From contig OZ242315.1 of NCBI GenBank assembly GCA_965207975.1, positions 5,066,449-5,130,448 of the forward strand: 64,000 bases of DNA, in the 5' to 3' direction. The notes beneath the pieces were generated by a model. That model had not been told where the DNA came from, ran no database searches, and worked only from the letters and a program-made list of their open reading frames with translations. The stretch's first letter is position 1, and every line of letters begins with the position of its first letter. The position numbers were made by a program, and so were the translations under genes. The stretch comes from Candidatus Poribacteria bacterium (GTDB lineage Bacteria > Poribacteria > WGA-4E > PCPOR2b). Below are positions 18,288 to 28,053 of the stretch, piece by piece.

Positions 18288-20189
18288 CTAACTAGCCGGT
18301 TGCTCCTGTGGATGCAGCGGTGGAAGTTCCGGATAATTCCCACGCGCTGTCCGCAAGGTAATTAACCCCTCAACAATCATCCACACCTGCACCGCCTCAA
18401 CAGCAACACCAAACGCAAAGAGCAGATACTTACCGGTGAACAACCACCCCGTATCAGGGTTAAACATCTGCCACAACATCGCCCACGCCGGCATAATCAA
18501 CATCACTACCATCGGGATCACTGCGAACCAAACCGGCAAATTCCGTCGCAGCAGATAGAAGACCGTCACCATAAAGGCGAGCCCCGCCAACAGTTGGTTC
18601 ACCGCACCGAACAGGGGCCACAGAATCAACCCACCACTGCCTGGACCATTGGGGCCCGGCATCAACGCGACAACACCGCCCAAAAACAGAGCGAGAGCGG
18701 TTGCGGCGTATCGATTGGTGAGCGGTTTAACCCCCACCGTCTGCGCGAGCTCTTGGATGACATACCGTTGCAATCGCGTCGCAGTGTCTAACGTCGTCGC
18801 GGCAAAACTCGCCACCAACACCGCCATGATCGCAATCGCCATTTTTAGAGGGATGCCGACGCTTGCGAGGAAATTCCCACCGCCCTCGACGAAAGCACCC
18901 ACCTTTTTCGCGAGACTGTGGCTCGCCCAACCACCAACCGTCCGCGTCGTGCCGTCGGGATTCGTCACCGTCTCGGTAGTCGCATATCGTGTCCGCCACG
19001 CCTCTTGATGCCGAATCTGCTGCCCCGTTGCAGAATTGATCACGGGCTGAAAGGCGTAGCTTGATCCCGTTCCGCTTCGCTCAAAAAGCCCCATACCAAT
19101 CCCGGCGCAACATGCGAGGATAACAATCACCGCGAGTCCACCTTCAAGCAGCATCGCACCGTAGCCGACATACTGTGCATCCTTCTCCGAAGCGACCTGC
19201 TTACTCGAAGTCCCAGAACTTACCATGCAGTGGAATCCGCTGATCGCGCCGCAGGCAATCGTGATAAAAAGGAAGGGCCAAATCGGCGGTGCATCGGGCG
19301 GAATGTCAGGCGCGACCGCCGGCGCAGAGGCGAAGAGGTCTGCCCTCCCCGTCAAACCCGCAACAGCAAGTCCCGCAATCAGCAAGACCAACGCCACAAT
19401 CAACTCATGGCTATTGATAAAATCACGCGGCTGCAAGAGCGTCCAGACCGGCAGCACCGATGCAATAAAGCAGTACACAAACAGGATCAATGTCCAAATA
19501 ACCACCGCATTTGCAAACGTTGGTCCCAATAGCGGGATGCCAAACCATTCCGAAATGTTAATTGGGAGAAGGTACGCGCCTACCCCCATTCCAATGTACA
19601 TAATCCCCAGCGCGATGATCGAAGGGATCAGGATATTTCCACCCCGCCGATAGATCCAAAGTCCGATGCCGACCGCCAACGGAATCTCGATCCAAACCGA
19701 AAGCACCGATTCTGGGTAGAGCGCGAAGATAATCGCAATGACCAGACCAAATATAGCCAAAACAACTGTCAACGCCATGAACAAGATGACCAAAAACAGC
19801 AGCTTCGCTCGCGGCGTGATCATCCGTCCCGCGATGTCTCCAATCGTCTGCCCACGGTTGCGGAGCGAGACCACCAACGCGCCGAAGTCATGCACCGCAC
19901 CGATAAAAATTGAGCCGAGAACAACCCACAGCAACGCAGGCAGCCACCCCCAAAAAACCGCAATCGCAGGTCCAACGATGGGACCCGTGCCTGCAATGCT
20001 TGTGAAATGATGTCCGAAAATAACCTCCTTCTTCGTCGGAACATAGTCCACATCATCCCGCAACTCTTGGCTCGGCACCTCCGCCTCCGGGTTAAGCCCA
20101 AAGATTTTCCTAGCTAACCACCGCCCATAGGTATGATAGGCGACGATAAAGCCAAAAAAACTCAAGACCGCAATAATCAATGTACTCAT
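18288..20189 (-). CDS. cstA: Carbon starvation protein CstA (peptide/pyruvate transporter family)
   Basis: Polytopic membrane protein. N-terminus MSTLIIAVLSFFGFIVAYHTYGRWLARKIFGL matches the CstA N-terminal signature. ORF track starts at 20201; ATG 20189 has a GGAGGT RBS. Confidence 0.8.
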   Translation of the reverse strand: MSTLIIAVLSFFGFIVAYHTYGRWLARKIFGLNPEAEVPSQELRDDVDYVPTKKEVIFGHHFTSIAGTGPIVGPAIAVFWGWLPALLWVVLGSIFIGAVHDFGALVVSLRNRGQTIGDIAGRMITPRAKLLFLVILFMALTVVLAIFGLVIAIIFALYPESVLSVWIEIPLAVGIGLWIYRRGGNILIPSIIALGIMYIGMGVGAYLLPINISEWFGIPLLGPTFANAVVIWTLILFVYCFIASVLPVWTLLQPRDFINSHELIVALVLLIAGLAVAGLTGRADLFASAPAVAPDIPPDAPPIWPFLFITIACGAISGFHCMVSSGTSSKQVASEKDAQYVGYGAMLLEGGLAVIVILACCAGIGMGLFERSGTGSSYAFQPVINSATGQQIRHQEAWRTRYATTETVTNPDGTTRTVGGWASHSLAKKVGAFVEGGGNFLASVGIPLKMAIAIMAVLVASFAATTLDTATRLQRYVIQELAQTVGVKPLTNRYAATALALFLGGVVALMPGPNGPGSGGLILWPLFGAVNQLLAGLAFMVTVFYLLRRNLPVWFAVIPMVVMLIMPAWAMLWQMFNPDTGWLFTGKYLLFAFGVAVEAVQVWMIVEGLITLRTARGNYPELPPLHPQEQPAS

Positions 20190-20262
20190 ACTTACCTCCA
20201 TTTACAACTTTCTTGACAATAAAACCAGTCCATAGTAGACTTTGCAATGCAAAGGAGGGCTT

Positions 20263-20481
20263 ATTGTGGACTGGATTCAAACACTCACGATTATTGGAAC
20301 ATTATCAGCCCTAATTATTGGATTGCATATATCCACTGGTAAACGTTTTGATGATGTACATAAAAGAATTGATGATGTACATAACCGAATCAATGACCTT
20401 GCCGATGATATTAAGGCTATTCGTGAGGATATTCGGCTCATTGTGAATAAACTCATTCCAAATAACAAAAAGAAAAAGTAA
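20263..20481 (+). CDS. Small hypothetical membrane/coiled-coil protein (about 72 aa), AT-rich
   Basis: GTG start 6 nt after AAAGGAGGG. One TM helix, then duplicated RFDDVHKRIDDVHNRIND motif and a poly-Lys tail. Composition far more AT-rich than its neighbours. Confidence 0.4.
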   Translation: MVDWIQTLTIIGTLSALIIGLHISTGKRFDDVHKRIDDVHNRINDLADDIKAIREDIRLIVNKLIPNNKKKK

Positions 20482-20517
20482 CCGAGACAAGCGGTGAAAT
20501 ACTTAGGGCGTATTTTT

Positions 20518-22146
20518 TCAGATTCCAATTGAATAACCATCACGCCGCGGATCCGCACCGCCCATGAGCGAGCCTTCCGCTTGGTCAACGGCGATCCCCT
20601 GACCGCCACCGACACCAGCCGTCCAGTCCGGCATCACGTTAGGTTCATGTCCACGCGCCTCAAGTTGCGCTATGACATCGGCGGGGATGCGTCCCTCCAT
20701 ACTGACAGCGGCTCCCGGACTCTCAACCCGCACACGCGGTGCCTCGATCGCCGCTTGGATATTCATGCCGTGCTCTATCAGGTTCAACACCATCTGCGCC
20801 GTCGTCTGTAGGATCCCGTGGCTCCCCGGCGTGCCAATCACCGCGAACAGCTTCCCGTCCTTCCAAACCTGACACGGCGACATACACATCTCGATCTGCT
20901 TGTGCGGTCCAATAGCGTTTGGACTCTCCGGCAGGAGATCAAACCAGTTCATAAAGTTATTCAGGAACATCCCAGTCTCACCGAGCGCGACACCAGAACC
21001 GAAACCGGAGCCAAGACTCTGTGTCACCGCAACCGCGTTCCCCTCGCCGTCAACCACATCGAAATGGGTCGTGCACTCGTTAATCCATTCCGCAGCGTTC
21101 CCCGGCAGGATCTCGCCCGGCAGCTTATCCTTCGTGTAACGCTCACCGCCACCGACTCCCGCACGGTGTCCGATCCGCTTCCGTTGCTCGGCGGCGTAGC
21201 CTTTAGAGAGCAATCCGGTAATCGGCGGATTCTCCGCACAGGTGTATTCCGCACGGTCTGCGCTGGCAAGTTTTATCGCCTCAATCAGCAGATGCAGATA
21301 TTCCGCAGAGTTATGCCCCAGATCACCGAGCGGATCGTTCTCCAAGATGTTGAACGTCTCCAGATACTGAAACCCAGAACACGGCGGCGGCGGACAGAAA
21401 ATCTTAAAATTCTTGAACGTCGTCGAGATCGGCTCATGCCAATCCACCTGAAAATCTGCGAGATCCTTCTCCGTGATCAATCCGTCATTCTCTCGGAAGA
21501 ACTGAGCGATATGCTGTGCAATCTCACCCCGATAAAAGACCTCTGCGCCGCCCTCAACCACCTTGCGGAACGTCTGAGCAAGCTCCTTCTGCACCAGTAC
21601 CTCGCCCGGACACGGTGTCCGTCCACGAGACATGATTATCTTCGCGCCCGTTGACGAAAATCGGGGGCCTGCGCCTGCCATGAACTCAGCGTTCTTTGCC
21701 GTGACCGCATAGCCGTTCTCCGCATATCCAATCGCCGGTGCAAAGATATCCGCACGATCCATACTGCCGTACCGATCGAGGAGTGCCAACCACCCGCCGC
21801 ACGCGGCAGGAATCATGCCCGCCCGGATACCCACCTCATTTGATCCCGGCTCCGAATACGCGTCCAGCGTCGCCTGATACGGACTCGTCCCCATATAATC
21901 GAGGACCTGGATTGTGTCCTCCTTCGCGTGATAAACCATCATATAACCGCACCCAGCGATACCCGACATATACGGTTCTGTCACATTGAGCGTGGATGCA
22001 ACCGCAACCACCGCATCAAAAGCATTGCCGCCCTGAAGTAATATCTGTGCACCCGCCAGACTTGCGAGTGGATGCGCGCTCGAAACCATACCCCGCGTCC
22101 CCGTCACCGTCGGACGGTGTGTAACACCGTGTGATGGAAATGCCAT
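20518..22146 (-). CDS. ggt: Gamma-glutamyltranspeptidase
   Basis: GGT-family similarity along the full length, including the autoprocessing/nucleophile region ...CTTHFDVVDGEGNAVAVTQSLGSGFGSG... ATG at 22146 follows an AAGGAGG RBS; the track ORF starts at an upstream TTG. Confidence 0.85.
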   Translation of the reverse strand: MAFPSHGVTHRPTVTGTRGMVSSAHPLASLAGAQILLQGGNAFDAVVAVASTLNVTEPYMSGIAGCGYMMVYHAKEDTIQVLDYMGTSPYQATLDAYSEPGSNEVGIRAGMIPAACGGWLALLDRYGSMDRADIFAPAIGYAENGYAVTAKNAEFMAGAGPRFSSTGAKIIMSRGRTPCPGEVLVQKELAQTFRKVVEGGAEVFYRGEIAQHIAQFFRENDGLITEKDLADFQVDWHEPISTTFKNFKIFCPPPPCSGFQYLETFNILENDPLGDLGHNSAEYLHLLIEAIKLASADRAEYTCAENPPITGLLSKGYAAEQRKRIGHRAGVGGGERYTKDKLPGEILPGNAAEWINECTTHFDVVDGEGNAVAVTQSLGSGFGSGVALGETGMFLNNFMNWFDLLPESPNAIGPHKQIEMCMSPCQVWKDGKLFAVIGTPGSHGILQTTAQMVLNLIEHGMNIQAAIEAPRVRVESPGAAVSMEGRIPADVIAQLEARGHEPNVMPDWTAGVGGGQGIAVDQAEGSLMGGADPRRDGYSIGI

Positions 22147-22517
22147 ATTCAATTCCTCCTTAAAAATCAATTTTTTAACAAAGCCCCAGTGAAACGTAAT
22201 ACGTGATACGTGAAACGTGATGCGTGAGAAAAAAATTGTCTGAATCGCGGGTTTAGAGGATTACACAGATTGCACGGATTCAAAACCACCGAAACCTCAC
22301 AACCAGAACCCGTAGGGGTTGGGTCACCCAACCCATCAGGCGAGGAAACCTCGCCCCTACGAATGGCAACAAACCGTAGGTTGGGCAAAGTACAACCCAA
22401 ACGAACCAATATAGCCCCGGCGGGGCGGCATGTTTATAGCAATATCCGATCCCCACAACCCCAAGCCCCAGAGGGGCGACATGTGAATTGCGTTATACAG
22501 AATCTGTAATGATAAAA

Positions 22518-23450
22518 TTACGCTGGCAACCTGTCAATATGAGGTCTGAATGCCTTCTCTAACCGAATCATTCCATCGATCATGGCATCTTGTATTTCTG
22601 GCCATCTCTCCTCATCATCGCGGTAACCGCCCAGAGAAAATCGCTTACTAATTCGACAGGCACGTTTGCCTTCAAGTCGCTGCCATTTGAGCGGTTCACC
22701 GAAGGCTTCCTCAATCCGATCCTTAGCTTCTTGGAGCGTATTGAAGATCTCCTCGTTTTCGTTGTCTGCCTCCCTACCCCGGTCAATGTACAGATCTATA
22801 TCAGAAGTATGTTGCTGGATAACATATAGAAAGGATAACCCCGTTTTTCCAGCGCCTGTCATCACATAATTTTGCTGGTTAGGCGAAGTGCTCGCATGTA
22901 GTGGCGTACTTTCTTTAGCCCGTTCCAACAACTGTGTCCAGAATCGACGACGAAGAATATGCCGTTCTTTGAGTTCTTTCTTTGTCTCTCCAAATTCTTG
23001 ACTCTCCTCACTTGACCCAACAATCAGTGTCAGCACCGGCGCGGGTGGTGAATCTTCAATCCGAACTGCCTCAAGCTTGAGCAAATAGAAAGACCCCGAA
23101 GACGATTCATTCAGCCACGAAACTGCGCTGATATGTTCCGGTCTAGCTTCCTTGACAATCCAGATAGCGGCCTTCGCATCAATCGCGGTCAAATAGGTAA
23201 TCAACTTGCCGAGGTGGTCATGGTTACTCCGCTCAAGCTGATTTTCAATGATAACAGGATTACCTGACTCATCCTCTGCGACGAGGTCTATGCTGAAATC
23301 ACCCGCCGCCCGTTCACGTTCTACGATTGAAAGCGACAGGTCAATTGCATCATTCAAAACATCAATGTTCTCCGCAAGCCACGGCGTGAAATCGTGTGCT
23401 TCGTGGGACCACACCTCACGCAAAGAAACCCTTCGTAGGCGTCCAATCAT
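22518..23450 (-). CDS. PD-(D/E)xK nuclease-superfamily protein (DUF4268-like)
   Basis: 310 aa. ...DFSIDLVAEDESGNPVIIENQLERSNHDHLGKLITYLTAIDAKAAIWIV... resembles the restriction-endonuclease-like core of this family. Strong RBS GGGAGGTGAGGAG. Confidence 0.5.
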   Translation of the reverse strand: MIGRLRRVSLREVWSHEAHDFTPWLAENIDVLNDAIDLSLSIVERERAAGDFSIDLVAEDESGNPVIIENQLERSNHDHLGKLITYLTAIDAKAAIWIVKEARPEHISAVSWLNESSSGSFYLLKLEAVRIEDSPPAPVLTLIVGSSEESQEFGETKKELKERHILRRRFWTQLLERAKESTPLHASTSPNQQNYVMTGAGKTGLSFLYVIQQHTSDIDLYIDRGREADNENEEIFNTLQEAKDRIEEAFGEPLKWQRLEGKRACRISKRFSLGGYRDDEERWPEIQDAMIDGMIRLEKAFRPHIDRLPA

Positions 23451-23511
23451 CTCCTCACCTCCCTAATATATTCATGTTGCATCGGGTTCACTGATTCAAT
23501 GAACCAATGAA

Positions 23512-24210
23512 CTAGTGAACCAATCCATCTGCCAATTCCGTAAAATCCGCAACCGTCACATCCGGCAAATACGGCGAATCCTCATACGGCAACTCGTAGC
23601 GATTGATAAACGCAGCCCTGTAACCGCACACCTTCGCACCCATCACATCAAACGAATTTGCCGAAACCATCAGGCACTCCTCCACCCTAAGCCGAAGCCG
23701 ACTGATCGCCGCATAACGATAGACCGCGGGATGCGGTTTGAACGCACCGACATCCGTCACCGAGATAATGTCATCAAAATCCCACCGCACCCGATTCTTC
23801 GCAAGATGATCGAGAAAGCGCGGATCGCCATTCGACAAAATCACCAACTGGTAATGCGATTTGAGCCGTTCCAACGCCGGAAGCACCTCTGGAAACGGAG
23901 AGAGCTGATCCCACGCCTTCATGAAATCCTTCACCTCATCGCTCGATGTCTGAATCCCGTTCAAGTTCAGCACATAAACGAACGCACGACGCACCGTCTC
24001 CAGATACCCGCTATGACCCAGCATCACAAGCGTGTCCTGATACTGCTCAATCCGTTGCCGCGCCCGCCACTGATCCCAAAACCGATCCGCCGACACATCC
24101 GCCCCCTTTGCTCTCAGAAACTCCGCGATATAAGGTGTCAGACTCCCTCCAAGATCCAGAATCGTACCAAACAAATCAAACGTCAACGCTTTAATATCTG
24201 ATCTTTCCAT
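23512..24210 (-). CDS. HAD-superfamily hydrolase (haloacid dehalogenase type II-like)
   Basis: 232 aa. Motif I ...LTFDLFGTILDL... at the N-terminus and HAD motifs II-IV downstream. Confidence 0.7.
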   Translation of the reverse strand: MERSDIKALTFDLFGTILDLGGSLTPYIAEFLRAKGADVSADRFWDQWRARQRIEQYQDTLVMLGHSGYLETVRRAFVYVLNLNGIQTSSDEVKDFMKAWDQLSPFPEVLPALERLKSHYQLVILSNGDPRFLDHLAKNRVRWDFDDIISVTDVGAFKPHPAVYRYAAISRLRLRVEECLMVSANSFDVMGAKVCGYRAAFINRYELPYEDSPYLPDVTVADFTELADGLVH

Positions 24211-24240
24211 AAATCCCCTTCCACAAGCAGCTTTGCCTTG

Positions 24241-24274
24241 AGACCGAGTTTTTTCTTCAAAACTCGGTTTCTTC
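24241..24274. terminator. Palindromic hairpin agaccgagtttt-ttcttc-aaaactcggttt, terminator-like, downstream of hicB-like gene
   Basis: Same hairpin family as 9213-9246. Confidence 0.35.
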
Positions 24275-24339
24275 TTGCCACACTTTCATAGCATCGTAGG
24301 TTGGGTTGAACGGAACCGTAAAACCCAACTATTAGGGCA

Positions 24340-24545
24340 ATTAACTCCGCTCCAGCGGAGCGATATGTCTATAGAATGCGATATGTCCAATCTCCGCGCT
24401 CCAGTTTTGAATCCCGATTTATCGGGGAGGAGCGCAATGTGTATAGAACTCATCAACCAACGAACCAACATAGCCTCAGAGGGGCGACATGTTTATAGAA
24501 ACGCCGAATCCCCACACACCTAAGCCCCAGCGGGGCGACATGTGC
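24340..24545. repeat. Cluster of four copies of a stem-loop + 'gayatgtNtatagaa' repeat (e.g. gctcc-agc-ggagcgatatgtctatagaat; gcccc-agc-ggggcgacatgtgcatgg)
   Basis: Family members also at 16935-17015, 22414-22492, 29180-29210, 37690-37760 and 55085-55195, and in reverse orientation at 24850-24880 and 28085-28110. Confidence 0.55.
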
Positions 24546-24729
24546 ATGGCATTTTCAAAATGGATTCTTCCGCAAGCATACGATTTGCCTCAAGCGTCAT
24601 CTCGATCGCTTCTTGGAGATTGGCTCTGGTTTCTTCAAGCGTTCTGCCTTGCGTGTTTGCCCCGGGCAATTCTTGGACAAATCCGATGTACCCCTCTGGG
24701 ACTTTTTTGTAAACTGCGGTGAATTTCAT
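24520..24729 (-). CDS. hicB: HicB-family type II antitoxin (UPF0150), apparently orphan
   Basis: 69 aa. MKFTAVYKKVPEGYIGFVQELPGANTQGRTLEETRANLQEAIEMTLE matches the HicB N-terminal RNase-H-like domain consensus. No adjacent HicA ORF seen. Confidence 0.6.
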   Translation of the reverse strand: MKFTAVYKKVPEGYIGFVQELPGANTQGRTLEETRANLQEAIEMTLEANRMLAEESILKMPCTCRPAGA

Positions 24730-24945
24730 ATCGAAAACTTCCTCGATTAAAGATTGGATTCGTTAGATTGTGGCATAAGCGAGCCATTTGCAACGATAAA
24801 TGAACCGATGAACCAATTACGTTTTACGCTTCACGTTTCGCTTCCATCACACATGTCGCCCCGCCCCGATAAACCGGGATTCAAAGCAACTGGGGCTAAA
24901 TGAACCAATGAACCGATGAACTAATGAACTTCTTACGTTTCACGT

Positions 24946-27900
24946 TTAATCCGCAATCTCCAACTCCGGCAACCCCTCCACAATCTCAACCGTCTCCAAA
25001 CTAACCGTAATGACCTTCCCAACCAACCTGACAATATACTCCTCATCATCCGGGCGGTTCGGGTCGTTGACGATGCCGCTCCGCTTGTCCGTCTTGACCT
25101 GATACTGATCTATCACCCACTCCAACGCCGATCGATTCCCAAGCCGATAGTCAAATGCCTTCGCCGGTATCCCGTCGAGTGTCAGGAAATCGTTGTATTT
25201 TATTTGTGTCTTGTCTCTGGACAACCGCATCCTCTCCACACGCCAATCGAGCGGTATATCCGGCGTCTCGACGAAACAGAGCGGATATGCGTCTACCTCC
25301 TCATAACCGACGTGAATCTCTCCCAACCGCTGCCCCGCCTTGGCAAACTCCCAGAAATCTGGTGTGTATGGCAAGCGCGGCAGATCCCGCTTGAGATTCG
25401 CCTGATATCGCTCCCGATATGTCGGGTGATGGAGCAGACCGTAGACATAATGAAAGATGTCCCACTTGCCGATAGTATCGTCCCCATAATGCGCTCGGAA
25501 TTGCCCTAACGCCCAATCGGTGATATTCTCACGTCGGTTCCTCCCGTCCTCGTCGTAGGTGTAGAATGGAAAGGATTGTTGCGGATCAGCATAGAAATTC
25601 AAATCAGGAATAAATGTGCTCATCAAAACAGCAAATTCTTTTCGACCATAGCCTCCAACGCAAATCACTCGATTCTCGCTTTCAGTTTCCGGTGTGGGGA
25701 AAATAGAGGGAAAAACGTGAACTCTATGGTTCATCACGCGATCGAAGAATAGGTTTGATTTTGTAAAGGGACGGTAGAGTGATTGTCGGATTTTTGTGTC
25801 TGCAAATTTTGCAATCTGCCCACTTCTCAGTTTCTGCTTTAAGGCAGAACTCCACTTGATTTTCGCCTCATCAGACAGTACAAAATCATCAATGTTTGCG
25901 TCTCGATCTCCCCGGTGTTCCCACCGATTGACTTCTGCATTGTAAGTTTCAATCGTCTGACTCATTTTCTGTGTGAGTCTACTCGGGTTGAAGTTGTACG
26001 CCCATGCATCACGGCTTGTGCCGACACCATTGCTGAATCTGTGAAAGATTACCTCCATCACCTCGTCTTTTTCTGCCTTTGCTTCCTTAGTTCCTATCGG
26101 GATAAAAGTTTCAAATTCGGCGTGGAGCCCTTCTGTCAGCCATGTGCACCGCCGGTCAGGTATTATCGATTGCCATTCGATGTTTCGGTAATGTTCCTTT
26201 GAATCGAGATAGCGATATTTGTCCTCTTTCCGCCAAAACTCATCAAGGCGGGCATAGAAAATTTCAGACTGGACATTTGCACCGTCGCGCCTCTTGATGA
26301 AAAAATTGATACTCACACCGACCTGAATCCCAAAGACATTGTGCGTTGTGCCAGAGAGTTTTGGGTTCTTGCGGACATTTCCACTCAGATCCAAAATGTA
26401 AATTGCGTCGAAATCGTCTGCGAGGTGTTTTCGCATTCCATCAAATGCCATATCAGTGAGAAAACTGTCGTTCGTTACCAACGCAACAATCCCTTCCTCC
26501 TCTATTCTGTCCGATGCCCACCGAATCGCCTTCACATACGGATCCGCCAATGCGTTTTTATTCGTCGCTGTGGAGTCTTTTGCATAGGTCTCCTTAACCC
26601 GTGAATCCATCGTTGGGTATCCCCGATTCTTGTTGTTGTCGTTTTCGTTGACCTGACCGACGTTATACGGTGGATTGCCGATAACGACAAACATCGGGGT
26701 ATTGTTTTGTTCCTCAACGCGGCGTGTGTTCTCCTCTGTAAACAATGAGGATTCATAGTAGTGGGTGTCCTCTGCCAATTCAAACGTATCCACAAGACAG
26801 ATTCCCTCAAAGGGTTGATACCTACCCGTCGCCTCATAAAACTCATGTTCAATGTTCATTGACGCGATGTAATACGGCAGCAGCATCACCTCGTTGCAGT
26901 ACAACTCTGTCGTATATTTTCCCGCTAACGCCGTCTTGCGAATCTCGCGCATCGTCCGCACGATAAAATTGCCCGTCCCCACAAACGGGTCAATGATGTG
27001 AACGCCGGAATCGGAGAGCGATCGGTTGAATTCGGTCTTTAGGATCTCCTCAACGCTCCTCACCATAAAATCGACAATCGGCTGCGGTGTGTAAACAATC
27101 CCGTGGGTGTCCGCAACCTTCACCGAAAAGCCTTGAAAAAACTGCTCGTAGACCGTGTTGAGAAACCCCTGTTTCTGCGAGAAGTCTTCAATGGTCGCAG
27201 CAGTGCGCTCGATTGCTGTATAGAACGGGTTAAGGTGCCCCAGAAAATCGTGACGACTGAACGACTGGCTTGTGAGCGCGTCTATCACCTTCTCAATCTC
27301 ATTGGCGATGACATTTCGGCGGGTGAAGTCTTGGTTATAGAAAACCGTATGAAAGATCTGTTCGGTCAACAGGTGTTGGATCAGCATCTCCTCAACGGCA
27401 GCTTCCGAGAGGTTCGGGTTAATCGACTGACGACACTTCTCATAGAAGTCGGCAAAGGCGGAGATAAACGCTTGGTTCGTCTCCCGTTCACCATGGATCC
27501 GTTCCGCCAAACCCTGTCCAAGTGCGGGCACCCTCTCCCTGAACTGCGACACCGCCTCCTCCCATTCCGTGTACTCCGGCGGACGGTGCGAAAAGAAGGT
27601 TTCGAGCGTCCCTATCAGTTCCGTCGGATCGGTTAGATCCGCATCAAGCGTCTGCCGTTCATTCTGCCAAAGGATAGCACGGTGGGGTTCTTGGAAAAGG
27701 ATGTTGTCGCGGGGATAGCCTCTCTCAAACTTGCGAACCACTTCGGCTGGCAGGTCGTCGTCCGCATCTTTCGCCTCCCAATAACCGTGCGTCAACCGGA
27801 AGTTGTCCATCAACGCACCGTCAACGACGATCCGCCCGTTTTGAATCCCGGTCATTGAATGTTCGGGCACCAAGGTCCAATCAAATTGTCCAGCGCATTT

Positions 27901-28053
27901 TTGGAGCAGGGATTGGAACGCTGATCGCACCGCCCCTTCATGCCTAGCACCGAGCCGATCAAACTGATCTAGCTCGCTGTAGTAGTCTCTAACAATTTTG
28001 TGTGTTGGTCTAAGATTGAGGCTTGCCACAAAACACCTTAAAGTAATAGGCAC
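24946..28053 (-). CDS. MmeI-like (Type IIL/IIG) single-polypeptide restriction-modification enzyme; N6-adenine DNA methyltransferase fused to endonuclease
   Basis: 1035 aa. N-terminal candidate PD-ExK ...DNFRLTHGYWEAKD.... Central SAM-binding region ...IIDPFVGTGNF.... Catalytic motif IV ...VVIGNPPYNVGQ.... C-terminal region consistent with a target-recognition domain. Confidence 0.6.
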   Translation of the reverse strand: MPITLRCFVASLNLRPTHKIVRDYYSELDQFDRLGARHEGAVRSAFQSLLQKCAGQFDWTLVPEHSMTGIQNGRIVVDGALMDNFRLTHGYWEAKDADDDLPAEVVRKFERGYPRDNILFQEPHRAILWQNERQTLDADLTDPTELIGTLETFFSHRPPEYTEWEEAVSQFRERVPALGQGLAERIHGERETNQAFISAFADFYEKCRQSINPNLSEAAVEEMLIQHLLTEQIFHTVFYNQDFTRRNVIANEIEKVIDALTSQSFSRHDFLGHLNPFYTAIERTAATIEDFSQKQGFLNTVYEQFFQGFSVKVADTHGIVYTPQPIVDFMVRSVEEILKTEFNRSLSDSGVHIIDPFVGTGNFIVRTMREIRKTALAGKYTTELYCNEVMLLPYYIASMNIEHEFYEATGRYQPFEGICLVDTFELAEDTHYYESSLFTEENTRRVEEQNNTPMFVVIGNPPYNVGQVNENDNNKNRGYPTMDSRVKETYAKDSTATNKNALADPYVKAIRWASDRIEEEGIVALVTNDSFLTDMAFDGMRKHLADDFDAIYILDLSGNVRKNPKLSGTTHNVFGIQVGVSINFFIKRRDGANVQSEIFYARLDEFWRKEDKYRYLDSKEHYRNIEWQSIIPDRRCTWLTEGLHAEFETFIPIGTKEAKAEKDEVMEVIFHRFSNGVGTSRDAWAYNFNPSRLTQKMSQTIETYNAEVNRWEHRGDRDANIDDFVLSDEAKIKWSSALKQKLRSGQIAKFADTKIRQSLYRPFTKSNLFFDRVMNHRVHVFPSIFPTPETESENRVICVGGYGRKEFAVLMSTFIPDLNFYADPQQSFPFYTYDEDGRNRRENITDWALGQFRAHYGDDTIGKWDIFHYVYGLLHHPTYRERYQANLKRDLPRLPYTPDFWEFAKAGQRLGEIHVGYEEVDAYPLCFVETPDIPLDWRVERMRLSRDKTQIKYNDFLTLDGIPAKAFDYRLGNRSALEWVIDQYQVKTDKRSGIVNDPNRPDDEEYIVRLVGKVITVSLETVEIVEGLPELEIAD

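Noticed and set aside
22195-22235. Possible CRISPR-like arrays suggested by short tandem repeats (heptamer TCACG repeats, ATGAACCA repeats)
   Set aside because: Repeat units are 7-8 nt with no spacers of constant length. There are no cas genes and no 25-40-nt direct repeats with unique spacers anywhere in the window.
24729-24945. HicA toxin partner upstream of hicB
   Set aside because: No ORF of 50 or more codons with HicA-like basic double-stranded-RNA-binding motifs was found in either flank. The space is filled by interspersed repeat units.
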